64,000 nucleotides of DNA, taken from assembly GCA_011682695.1 (NCBI GenBank), contig JAACED010000005.1, forward strand, positions 2,488 to 66,487, written 5' to 3'. Both the position numbers and the translations under genes were made by a program. Shown in pieces: positions 9,359-18,832 of this stretch (positions are counted from its first letter, which is position 1; every line of letters begins with the position of its first letter). Source of the DNA: Gammaproteobacteria bacterium (GTDB lineage Bacteria; Actinomycetota; Acidimicrobiia; Spongiisociales; UBA4744). The notes beneath the pieces are model-generated. The model saw only the letters and a program-made list of their open reading frames with translations. It ran no database searches and was not told the origin of the DNA.

Positions 9359-10570
9359 ATGGGTTTTCGACAGTATCCGACGAGCGATGCGAACTACGAC
9401 GCATACGGCACGTACATCTCTCCCGGGAAAGTGGCGCTGTATCGTCAACTGGAACTCGGTCTGGTGATGGGATCCAGGGATGGGGCCGTCTTCACGGACG
9501 CCTACGAGGGAACCCGACTCTACAACTGCCACTGCAACGGCGGTGTCTTCAATCTCGGCCACAGGAATCCGCGCGTCCTCAGCGCCGTTCGCACTGCGTT
9601 GGACTCGTTCGATATTGGGAATCATCACCTCATCTCCGGGATGAGAGCCAGGCTCGCGGAGCGGCTCGCTGCAACGACCGGCGGTGCGTTGTCCGGTGTG
9701 ATCTTTGGCGTGGGAGGAGGAGAAGGGATCGATCTTGCCCTGAAAGCGGTTCGAGGAGTGACCGGTCGACAGAAGATCGTTTCTGCGAAAGGCGGCTACC
9801 ACGGGCATACGGGGCTTTCCGTGGCAGCCGGTGATCCCGAATACCGTACCCCGTTCGGCCCGAACCTTCCCGGCTTCGTACAGGTCCCATTCGACGATAT
9901 CGATGCGCTTGTCACCGAGGTCGATTCCGACACTGCCGCGGTGCTGCTCGAGCCGGTGCCGGCGACCCTCGGCATGCCGATTGCAGCCGATGGCTACTTC
10001 GCATCCGTTGCAGAGCTCGTGAACTCCAGAGGCGCTCTCCTGGTGCTCGATGAAGTGCAGACGGGGCTTGGTCGGACGGGAACCATGTGGTGCTATCAGC
10101 AACTCGACGTCGTCCCGGACATCCTCGTCACGGGAAAAGGGTTGAGCGGAGGGATCTATCCGATCAGCGCCACCTTGATGAGCCCCGCGGTGTTCTCTTT
10201 CTTCGACGAGCTGCCGTTTGTGCACCTCTCCACCTTCGGCGGGGCGGAACCGGGATGTGCAGCCGCTCTCGAGGTCTTGGATATCGTCGAGACACCCGGC
10301 TTTCTCGACCGTGTACTGGAGCTTGCCGAACGCTTCCGAGCCGGACTCTCCGGTCTGCCTTTCGAACTCCGACAGCGAGGGATGATGATGGGGCTGGTCT
10401 TCCCCGCGTCCAATGCGGCCGTGATGGCCGCCAAGATGTTCTTCGACGCCGGCGTCTTCGTCGTGTGGGCCGAGAACGATCGTTCGGTACTGCAGTTCCT
10501 TCCGCCACTGATCCTCGGCGATGAGGAAGCCGACGACATCATCGCTCGCGTGCGGGGAATCTTCACATGA
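9359..10570 (+). CDS. Class III aminotransferase (putrescine/acetylornithine AT-like)
   Basis: GYHG, DEVQTGLGRTG, GKGLSGG and STFGG. Confidence 0.92.
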   Translation: MGFRQYPTSDANYDAYGTYISPGKVALYRQLELGLVMGSRDGAVFTDAYEGTRLYNCHCNGGVFNLGHRNPRVLSAVRTALDSFDIGNHHLISGMRARLAERLAATTGGALSGVIFGVGGGEGIDLALKAVRGVTGRQKIVSAKGGYHGHTGLSVAAGDPEYRTPFGPNLPGFVQVPFDDIDALVTEVDSDTAAVLLEPVPATLGMPIAADGYFASVAELVNSRGALLVLDEVQTGLGRTGTMWCYQQLDVVPDILVTGKGLSGGIYPISATLMSPAVFSFFDELPFVHLSTFGGAEPGCAAALEVLDIVETPGFLDRVLELAERFRAGLSGLPFELRQRGMMMGLVFPASNAAVMAAKMFFDAGVFVVWAENDRSVLQFLPPLILGDEEADDIIARVRGIFT

Positions 10571-11460
10571 GCCTCGAACCTGTCCGGGTCGACGACCTGG
10601 AAGTATTGGAAGAACGATTCCAGAAAGCCTTCGCCACGGGCCACGCCGAAGGACTCGATGTCATCGGGTATGGAGAGATCACCAGTGTCGTGGCCTGGGC
10701 CGGATCCGATGGCATGGTTGCAGCAAAACGGTTGCCGACCTTTCGGGCCGGTGAAGGAGTGGAAGCGTATCTCGCCCTTCTCGAGGACTATCTGACAGGG
10801 TTGCGGGCCGCCGATGTCTCAGTCGTGCCAACGTCGTTTCAGACGCTCAGGCTCGACGGTCGAGATGTCGCCGTGTACCTGGTACAACCGTTGCTCTCGC
10901 CCGAGAACGTCGGACACGCTTATCTCAGAGGTGCTACGGAGCAACAGGCCGTCCGTCTCTTCGACCGTGTCTTCGAAAGGACCGAGGCGGCCATCGGCGC
11001 CCGGATCGGGATCGATGCGCAGATCTCGAACTGGGCGGTAGACGGGGATGACTTGGTCTATTTCGACGTTACGACGCCGCTTCTGAAAGATGACCATGGG
11101 GTCGACCGGATCGATGTGGATATCTTCCTGGCGTCACTGCCCTGGGCTCTTCGGGGGATCGTGAAGCGGTTTCTCGTGGTGGGGATCATCGAAGACTACT
11201 TCGATGTCCGTACGACCATCCTCAATCTGGTCGCGCAGTTCCACAAGGAACGGCTCATCTCACTCATTCCACTGGCTCTCGAGCGGGCAAACCGCAGGCT
11301 GTCGGATCCCATCGGTGCGGATGAGGTCAAGCGGTACTACGGGAGCGATGCTCGAATGTGGGAGCTCCTGCAGCGTCTTCGTAGGATCGACCGGTGGTGG
11401 CATCACAAAGTCCGCCGGCGTCCGTATCCGTTCCTGTTGCCCGGCAAGATCGATCGTTGA
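10567..11460 (+). CDS. Conserved hypothetical protein (DUF6206-like)
   Basis: ATGA overlap with the aminotransferase; VIGYGEI, AAKRLP, GIDAQISNW and YFDVTTP motifs. Confidence 0.7.
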   Translation: MSLEPVRVDDLEVLEERFQKAFATGHAEGLDVIGYGEITSVVAWAGSDGMVAAKRLPTFRAGEGVEAYLALLEDYLTGLRAADVSVVPTSFQTLRLDGRDVAVYLVQPLLSPENVGHAYLRGATEQQAVRLFDRVFERTEAAIGARIGIDAQISNWAVDGDDLVYFDVTTPLLKDDHGVDRIDVDIFLASLPWALRGIVKRFLVVGIIEDYFDVRTTILNLVAQFHKERLISLIPLALERANRRLSDPIGADEVKRYYGSDARMWELLQRLRRIDRWWHHKVRRRPYPFLLPGKIDR

Positions 11461-13064
11461 TGAGAACCACGACCGGGGTCGTGTTCCCTCTGGGCATCGC
11501 CGCCGCCGTGTTGCTCGTCGGTGCATGTGCACCGGAGGCATCCGAACCTGTCCGGTCGTCGCCCGAGACCCGGGCTCCGACGGCTTCGACCACCACAACC
11601 TCCACGCCTCCAGCCATGACGGCCGTCACAGTGACCTCGACGACCTCGACGACGATCACTACGCCGGAGACGACACGGCGTCCCACCATCCGCATCGCGA
11701 TGGTTGGTGACGTCATGCTCGGCCGTGGTCTCTCGCGCATCGTTCGGAACGACCCGCAGAGCATCTTCGAAGATGTGCGATTCGTCCTGTCGGACGTGGA
11801 TATCGCCGGGGCGAACATGGAGTCGCCGTTGACGAATCGGCCTCACATCGCACTCAACCCGTACGCGCTCGAGGCGAGGCCGGAGACGGCCGGGCTGCTC
11901 GCCGCGGCGGGTTTCGATGTCCTGTCGGTCGCGAACAACCATGCGGGTGACGCAGGGCGGGCATCGGTGATCGATAGCGTCGAAGCGATCAATGACGCCG
12001 GGATGCAGGCGGTCGGTGGCGGGGTGAACCTGAGCGAAGCCGTGCGGCCGGTCATCGTGGAGGTGCGAGGGCTTCGTGTGGGGTTCCTCGCATTCGATGC
12101 GACGAGGGCGGGTACTCCGGCGAGTGAGAATCGGGCGGGCATCGCACCGTGGGACGACGAGACGGTTCGTGCCGCAGTGACAGGACTGCGTCCCTGGGTC
12201 GATCTGCTCGTAGTGGCCGTGCACGGCGGGGTCGAGTATCGCACGTGGACCGACCCGCACATGGCAGCGCTTGCAGAGGAACTCAGCGGCTGGGGCGTCG
12301 ACGTGGTGTGGGGGAGTGGGCCACATGTCGTCCAACCCGTCTTCCTGATCGATGGTGCACGACCGACCGTGGTGGCGACGAGTCTCGGCAACTTCCTCTT
12401 CGACCAGGGTGATTCCGCGACAAAGGTGGGGGCGATCCTCGAGGTCCTTGCCGACGCCGACGGTGTCGTCGCGTACCGGGTAGCGACGGTCCAGCACCGT
12501 GACCGGCGGGTGCATTTCGACCAGTGGGACGACCCAGACGGTGACGCGGCGATGCTCGGCACCGAATGGTGGAGCCTCGGCCGCGGTTTCGAACCCCTCG
12601 AGCCCGACGAGCCCGGGGATCTCGAGCGGTTCCGGTGGGGTGATGTGGTCGACGCGACTCGAGGCGACGTGGACGGTGACGGGAGGGATGAGATCGTCGT
12701 GGCGTTCCGCCGGCCTTATCAGGAGAACCCGGTGAACGCACTGTTCCCCGATAGGCCGTGGGCCGACGTGTTGGGACGCAGCGCCCACATCGGTGTGTTT
12801 CGAGCCTCGGATCTCGAGCCCGAATGGATCGCGGGAACCCTGTTCCGACCCGTCAGACGGGTCGTGGCATGCGACGGAAGCCTTGCCGTCGGATACGGCT
12901 CGGACGAGACGGACGGTGTCGTGGCGTCTGGAGCGTGGCGGTGGCGTGGGTTCAGTTTTCTCATCGCTCCGACCTTGGATCGCGATGCCGCGCTCGGGTG
13001 CGCGGATATCGATGGTGATGGTCGAACGGACCCGATCCTGTTCAGTAGACCGGGAACTCCATGA
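11460..13064 (+). CDS. CapA/PGA_cap metallophosphatase-family lipoprotein with C-terminal FG-GAP-like motifs
   Basis: Lipobox LVGAC, Thr-rich linker, VGDVMLGR, NMESP, ANNHAGD, PHVVQP, SLGNFLFD and GDVDGDGRDE. Confidence 0.85.
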   Translation: MRTTTGVVFPLGIAAAVLLVGACAPEASEPVRSSPETRAPTASTTTTSTPPAMTAVTVTSTTSTTITTPETTRRPTIRIAMVGDVMLGRGLSRIVRNDPQSIFEDVRFVLSDVDIAGANMESPLTNRPHIALNPYALEARPETAGLLAAAGFDVLSVANNHAGDAGRASVIDSVEAINDAGMQAVGGGVNLSEAVRPVIVEVRGLRVGFLAFDATRAGTPASENRAGIAPWDDETVRAAVTGLRPWVDLLVVAVHGGVEYRTWTDPHMAALAEELSGWGVDVVWGSGPHVVQPVFLIDGARPTVVATSLGNFLFDQGDSATKVGAILEVLADADGVVAYRVATVQHRDRRVHFDQWDDPDGDAAMLGTEWWSLGRGFEPLEPDEPGDLERFRWGDVVDATRGDVDGDGRDEIVVAFRRPYQENPVNALFPDRPWADVLGRSAHIGVFRASDLEPEWIAGTLFRPVRRVVACDGSLAVGYGSDETDGVVASGAWRWRGFSFLIAPTLDRDAALGCADIDGDGRTDPILFSRPGTP

Positions 13065-15287
13065 CCGGTCGTGTCGTTCTACAATCCCGAGGGGGGAAGA
13101 TCGTGCGAACGTTCGCGGCAATCGTCGTCATTGCTCTTTTCGTGGTGGCGTGTACGAGTGGCTCTGAGGCTCCGACGACCTCTGCGGCCGTGTCGACATC
13201 GACATCGACATCGACGTCCGCGCATCCGAGCACGACCACGTCCGCGCATCCGAGCACCACCCCGTCCACGGCCCCCGTCGCCGACGCGACCCTCACCGTT
13301 CAGCAGCAGCCTCGGTCGCTGAGCCCGTTCGCCGGGTACACGCTGGTTCCGATGGACGAGGCAGGCACCTATCCGGGCCCTGCCTGGCCGACATCGCTCG
13401 ATGGTGTCGTGATCTCGCCGGAAGCCGAGTACCTCGTCGGGCGGCCCGAGGCTGCACGGGCACTCACCGATCACGGTTTCGTCGTCGTACCGGGCTACGC
13501 GGCGCTCTTCCAGGATGTCTACGCGCAGGCGCCCTACGACAACCACGCGATTTTCGTGACCACCGACGCCGGCTACCACGTTCTTCATCTTGCCTTCAGC
13601 AAGGTGCTGCGTGACACCGAGCAGAACTCCCTCCTCCCAGTGCTCGAAGATCTCGTCACCCGCTCGGTCGCCGCCGCCCGAGGCCAGGCGGCAGCACTCG
13701 CAGGCACGGGCCAGGCGGACCAGGCGTCGCGAGTCGCGCAGCTCTTCGAAGCGGCAGCGGTGCTGCTCGGTCTCGACGTCGGGCCGGTCGGCCCGCTTGC
13801 AGACCAGGAGGTCGGCCTTGCCACCGAAGCGGCGCAGATGACCACGTCGCCGATCACCGGCTTCGCCGCATGCAATCGAACGCAGTCGCCACGCGGGTGT
13901 GTCGACTACAGCCTGTTCAAACCCAGAGGTCATTACACGCGCAACGAGGATCTCGAGCGGTATTTCCGGGCGATGTCGCTTGTCGGGCAGGAAGGCGCAT
14001 CATTCGTCGCCGGGATGGACGGCGACACTCCGGTCGTCGACGAACCGTCGATGCAGTTCGCCCTCCTTGTCGTCCGGGCGATGCAGGCGGACCCGGTTAT
14101 CGAGCAGGACTGGCGGCTCCTCTACGAACCTACTGCGTTCATGGTCGGCATGGCCGACGACTACACGCCGTTCGAGCTCGCAGCAGTCGCCGTAGCGGTC
14201 GCCGGAGACCGGTGGTCGACCGACGATTTCGCCGACACCGGCCTCCTGCAGACCGTCGGGGGGAAACTGCTCGCGACCCGTGCGGTTGGAATCAATCCGG
14301 AGGCGGCGTCGGTCCGCATCATGGGAGCACGGTTCGTCATCGATTCGTAGATTCTCGACCAGCTCGCCTGGCCGAACGTCGGAAAGGAGCCGCCGGTGAA
14401 ACGACGTGTGTACGTGTCGCCGCTCGACGTCGCCGCGACATTCGATTCCAATCTGGCGCTCGGCATCCAACGACAGGCGGGCGAGGACCGGTACCTGCAC
14501 TATGAGGACCAGATGGCCGCCATGCGCGAACTCGTCTCTGTACGTGCGGAAGACGACTGGGCCGCGACCGTATATGACGCGTGGTTGTCTGCCCTCCAGC
14601 CGGTGTGGCGTGAGCACGGTGACGCATTCCCGCCGTTCATGCGCAACGACGCCTGGACCGCGAAGGACCTCCAGACGGGCCTCGGGTCGTACACGGAGCT
14701 GAAGCACGACACGATCCTCTACGCGAAACAGGAATTCGCCGCGGAGGGCGGCGGGGACTGGACCGAGCTACATCCGCGACACTGGGTCGAGCCGGATCCG
14801 GTCGCATTCGAGAGGATGTCGCAGGTCGCGGCGCTGCTCCAGAGCGGCCTGGCCGAGCGGGGCCATCAGCACCGAGGACAACGACTGGCTCGGTGGGGTC
14901 GGGTCCGCCATGGAAGGCCTCTGGTATGCCTCGTCGGACGCCGACCCCAAGACCGGGGCGGTCGCGTCGGGGGATTCTCGCGACGCCCTCATTGCGGACA
15001 TCGGACGGGCGTCTTTCGCGTATCTGGAGATCGGCACCGGGGTGATCGACCAGATCCTCGTCCTCGTCCCCGACGACGCCGGACGGTTCCAGGTGGCAAT
15101 CGGCGGCGTCTACTCGTACTACGAGTTCTGGCGCCCCGAAGAGCAGGGCCGCCTCACCGACGAGGAGTGGTGGAAGCTCCTCGACGACGGTCGTGCACCG
15201 GACCGGTCGGCGCCGATGATCTTGCCCGATCCGGATGACGGTGAGCGTCACCGTCCCGCCTGGCAGGCCGCATTCCTGGTGCCCTGA
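13061..15287 (+). pseudogene. DUF3160-like lipoprotein gene interrupted by in-frame TAG (14348-14350) and a frameshift or deletion near 14860
   Basis: DYSLFKPRGHYT..LERYFRAM, then FVIDS*ILDQLAWPNVG in the same frame, LGSYTELKHDTILYAKQ, WVEP; C-terminus (GGVYSYYEF, RLTDEEW) is in another frame. Confidence 0.8.
13194..13260 (+). repeat. Coding tandem repeats in a Ser/Thr linker
   Basis: Tandem tcgaca hexamers followed by a ~24-bp duplication encoding TSAHPSTT twice. Confidence 0.7.
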
Positions 15288-15359
15288 CCGGTATCCGCTC
15301 GAGAATGCCGGACGCGCAACGGCGTCGTGTGCCGTATGGGGCCGATCCATAGGAATGGT

Positions 15360-15388
15360 TTCACAAGCTCGCGAGAACCGGGTACCGT
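15360..15388 (+). promoter_or_regulatory. Sigma70/SigA-type promoter
   Basis: TTCACA (15360-65), 17-nt spacer, TACCGT (15383-88). Confidence 0.6.
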
Positions 15389-15395
15389 GATGGTC

Positions 15396-15494
15396 GCGGC
15401 CGGCCGTCCGGTTGGCTACCCTCCATCCGTGCCCGCTATACCCGTTGCCCCAGCGGGGGGTACGGTGAGCCTCCCAGCCCCGGACGGCTGCCGC
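15396..15494 (+). ncRNA. Candidate structured RNA (rod-like hairpin with central CCUCC bubble), family unrecognised
   Basis: Begins 7 nt after the -10 box; gcggc-c-ggccgtccgg pairs with ccggacggct-gccgc, ggct with agcc, ccgtgcccgct with agcggggggtacgg. Confidence 0.5.
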
Positions 15495-15616
15495 ATGAGC
15501 CGTTCTGGAGGAGTTCTGGCGAGCTACGCGACGCTGCTCACCGCCGACGATCAGATCGAGACGGCGCTACGGTTCTTGTGTCGAGGCAAGGATCTATTGC
15601 ATCGGAAGAGAGTCTG

Positions 15617-16279
15617 ATGACGCCCGATTTCACCCTGATCGATCAAGGGGGCAACCCGTGGACACTCTCGGAGCATCTCGACAGCGCCGTCGTGCTGCTC
15701 TTCCTGCGCGGTGACTGGTGACCGTACTGCAACGGCCAGCTGGTCAGTCTGGCATCACGATACGACGACCTACTCGCCGCCGGGGGTCGGATTGCCGTGA
15801 TCAGCGTCGACACCCCACAACAGCATGCTGCACTGATCGAGAAACTCGGGCTGCGCTTCCCGATGTTGTCCGATCCCGACCGCAGTCGAGCCATCAGGCC
15901 GTACGGGGTTGCCGACCACAAGGATGCCCGCAATATCGCCCGGCCCGCCTTCGTCATCGTCACTCCGCAAGGAGATGAGGTCGAGAGGCGGTTGTCGGGC
16001 GACTTCGCCGATCGTCCTACCGAGGACGAACTGATCGCCGCTGTCGGCAAGCTTGGGATGGCCCCGGTCGAAGCGGAGCCGATCGCACTCGGTCCGGCGT
16101 CTCCCGGCCCGAATGCGATGCCGGTCGCTGCCATGGAGCCGTACTATCGGGGAGCGAAGTTCGCCGTCACCGCAATGCGGTTGCGACATCCCGAATTGGA
16201 GGAGGAGGCGAAGCGCTACATCGACGAACTCGACCGTTACATCGAAGCCGTGCGCGACCTCAAGAGGTCCAACGGCTGA
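15617..16279 (+). CDS. Peroxiredoxin-like (AhpC/TSA, redoxin) selenoprotein, UxxC motif, 220 aa
   Basis: MTPDFTLIDQGG...VVLLFLRGDW-TGA(15719-21)-PYCNGQL...IAVISVD...FPMLSDP...ARPAFVIV reads in one frame; SECIS-like hairpin follows the TGA. Confidence 0.88.
15735..15753 (+). promoter_or_regulatory. Putative bacterial SECIS element
   Basis: GCCAGCT-GGTC-AG(T)CTGGC: 7-bp stem, bulged U, GGUC loop, starting 13 nt after the TGA. Confidence 0.65.
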
Positions 16280-16287
16280 CAGGGGGG

Positions 16288-18237
16288 ATGATGGACAAGA
16301 CAGCCTGGAGGAAGCTCGACATCGGTGACCTGGCCGTGGGCCGGGTTACAACGGTGATCGTCGAAGGCCGTGCTCTGGCCGTGAGCCGCACCGAGTCCGG
16401 TTGGGGAGTACTCGACAACCGTTGTCCGCATCAAGGGGGTCCACTCGGCGACGGAGAGATCGAAGGTCCGTACCTGCTCTGTCCCTGGCACGGCTACGAG
16501 TACGACCCTGTCACCGGCGAGCCGCCGGCAGGGTTCAGCGATGTCGCCACCTGCTATCGCCTCGAGGAACGCGACGGCGGCCTGTACGTCGAGCTTCCCG
16601 TCCCTTCCGCGCAGCCGACCCTGATGGACCAGATGGTCGATGTCATGACCGGGTGGGGCGTGGACACGGTGTTCGGAATGGTCGGTCATTCCAATCTCGG
16701 GCTTGCCGACGCTCTGCGAAGGGCCGAACAAGACGAGCGCCTGCGGTACATTGGGATCCGGCATGAGGGCGCGGCTGCCTTCGCGGCTTCTGCCTACGGC
16801 AAACTGACCGGCCGCCCCGCAGCCTGCTTTTCGATCGCCGGGCCGGGAGCAACGAACCTGTTGACGGGCCTATGGGACGCAAAGGTCGACCGTGCACCGA
16901 TTCTGGCACTCACCGGACAGGTGCAGACCCAGGTGCTGGGCCCGGGAGCCTTCCAGGAGGTCCCGCTCACCGAAGCGTTCGCGGCCGTCGCCAACTTCAG
17001 TCAGACGGTGCTCGTACCCGACAACGCGACGGAGTTGATGGCGCTCGCCCTCAAACATGCGCTGGTCGAGCGCGGTGTCGCCCATCTCGTGTTCCCAGAT
17101 GAAGTGCAAAGCCTGCCGGGCCTGAGCGAACCGCCGGAGCGACTGCGAACCGGACGGGTCGCGTTCGACGGGATCGCGCCGCCGAAAGAGGAACTGTCGA
17201 GGGCGGTCGACCTCCTCGAAGGCGCTCAGCGGCCGGTGATCATCGCCGGAAACGGGGCACGCCAGGCTCGCCGGCTGGTGATCGAGCTTGCGGAACACAT
17301 CGATGTACCCGTGATCACGACGTTTCGTGCCAAGGGTCTCATTGGTGATGACCACCCATTGGGGGGCGGTGTGGTGGGGCGCTCGGGCACACCCATCGCT
17401 TCTGCGCTGATGGCGCGAGCGGATGCCCTGCTGGTCCTCGGTGCATCGTTCTCGAACCATTCGGGTATCGCGACATGGGTGCCGACCATCCAAGTCGATT
17501 TCGATCGCATGACCCTGGGCAAGTTCCATCCCGTCGACGTCCCGATCTGGGGTGAGATCGGGCGGACGCTCGAGCTCCTGAAGGGGGCGCTGTCACCGGT
17601 TGATCGTCCCGAGCAACGCGCCACGGTCGAACTCAAGCGGACCAGGTGGCGCGAGGAGACCGTGCGAAGAGCCGCCATGACTGACGAGTCCGGCCGTATG
17701 CATCCGGCCCGCGTATTCACCACCCTGTCCGGGCTGGTGCCTACGGACGCGGTGATCTCTGTCGACGTCGGCAACAACACCTACGCGTTCGGTCACTACT
17801 TCGAGGCGAAAGGAGGCCAGGATGTTCTCATGTCCGGCTACCTGGGGTCGATCGGCTTCGGTTTCCCGGGTGCAATGGGGGCGTGGGCCGCAACACGTGG
17901 CACCAACCGCAAAGTGATCTCGGTCTCTGGAGACGGAGGCTTCGGCCAGTACCTCGCCGAGTTCACCACCGCCGTGAGGTACGGGATGCCGATTACCCAC
18001 GTGCTGCTGAACAACGACGAGCTGGGCAAGATCAGCAGGGAGCAGATCGGTGCGGTGCGGCCGGTGTGGCAGACGTCGCTGGTCAATCCCGATTTCGCCG
18101 AGTACGCGCGCCTATGTGGTGGGCGGGGATTCAGGGCCGACGATCCTGCCGACCTGGAAGCCGTGTTCTCGGAGGCACTCGCCGTCTCCAATGGACCATC
18201 ACTGGTCGAGGTCACCGTCTCTGCGCTCGACGTCTGA
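16288..18237 (+). CDS. Rieske 2Fe-2S domain fused to TPP-dependent pyruvate oxidase/acetolactate synthase-like enzyme
   Basis: CPHQGG...CPWHG Rieske ligands; RHEGAAAFAA, GPGATN, DVGNN and GDGGF...NN TPP motif. Confidence 0.9.
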   Translation: MMDKTAWRKLDIGDLAVGRVTTVIVEGRALAVSRTESGWGVLDNRCPHQGGPLGDGEIEGPYLLCPWHGYEYDPVTGEPPAGFSDVATCYRLEERDGGLYVELPVPSAQPTLMDQMVDVMTGWGVDTVFGMVGHSNLGLADALRRAEQDERLRYIGIRHEGAAAFAASAYGKLTGRPAACFSIAGPGATNLLTGLWDAKVDRAPILALTGQVQTQVLGPGAFQEVPLTEAFAAVANFSQTVLVPDNATELMALALKHALVERGVAHLVFPDEVQSLPGLSEPPERLRTGRVAFDGIAPPKEELSRAVDLLEGAQRPVIIAGNGARQARRLVIELAEHIDVPVITTFRAKGLIGDDHPLGGGVVGRSGTPIASALMARADALLVLGASFSNHSGIATWVPTIQVDFDRMTLGKFHPVDVPIWGEIGRTLELLKGALSPVDRPEQRATVELKRTRWREETVRRAAMTDESGRMHPARVFTTLSGLVPTDAVISVDVGNNTYAFGHYFEAKGGQDVLMSGYLGSIGFGFPGAMGAWAATRGTNRKVISVSGDGGFGQYLAEFTTAVRYGMPITHVLLNNDELGKISREQIGAVRPVWQTSLVNPDFAEYARLCGGRGFRADDPADLEAVFSEALAVSNGPSLVEVTVSALDV

Positions 18238-18259
18238 GTTCGGGCCTATCCTTTCGACG

Positions 18260-18826
18260 ATGCCGACGTTCACATGCCAGAACTGCGGGAACGCGTTCAC
18301 GCTTCCTCGACAAGTACTCGACCGATATCCAGGCTGGACACCGCCGCTGTGCCTCGACTGCCGTGACGCACGGAGCACATCGGAACCGGTTGCGAACGAC
18401 GTTGGTCCCCACACGGGTGTGTTCACCGATGGAAGCGCCTCACCGAACCCGGGACCTGGCGGCTGGGGCGCCGTCTACGTCGTCGACGACGAGATCATCG
18501 CCGAGGCATATGGGCACGCGGAGCACACCACGAACAATCGTATGGAACTCACCGCGGTGATCGCGGCACTCGATCTCGTTCCCGAAGGCACCCCCATGAC
18601 CATCTACTCGGATTCGAATCTGGTGGTGCGCACCATCAACGAGTGGGCAGCAGGGTGGGAGAAGCGTGGATGGAGGCGGAAGACGGGACCGGTCGAGAAT
18701 GTGGATCTGGTAAAGAAGGCGTACTACGGGTGGCGGCCCGAATTGACGTTGAAGTGGATCAAAGGGCACGCCGGGTACCGATGGAACGAGTACGCGGATG
18801 AACTCGCCAACCGGTGGCGGGACTGA
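18260..18826 (+). CDS. rnhA: Ribonuclease HI with N-terminal CxxC...CxxC zinc-ribbon
   Basis: FTDGSASPNPGPGGW, TTNNRMEL, YSDS and WIKGHAG..WNEYADELA; N-terminal CQNC...CLDC. Confidence 0.9.
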   Translation: MPTFTCQNCGNAFTLPRQVLDRYPGWTPPLCLDCRDARSTSEPVANDVGPHTGVFTDGSASPNPGPGGWGAVYVVDDEIIAEAYGHAEHTTNNRMELTAVIAALDLVPEGTPMTIYSDSNLVVRTINEWAAGWEKRGWRRKTGPVENVDLVKKAYYGWRPELTLKWIKGHAGYRWNEYADELANRWRD

Positions 18827-18832
18827 AGAGCC

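Noticed and set aside
11403..13121. Long antisense ORFs (also 7620-8453, 22398-23633, 39789-41195, 44274-45761, 47767-49128)
   Set aside because: Shadow ORFs opposite motif-supported genes, expected from high-GC codon bias
13194..13260. Short repeats as a CRISPR array or contingency locus
   Set aside because: In-frame 6-bp and 24-bp repeats encoding a Ser/Thr linker; no spacers and no cas genes in the window
14348..14350. Pyrrolysine or amber readthrough in DUF3160
   Set aside because: A second, frameshifting lesion lies downstream and no pyl genes are in the window
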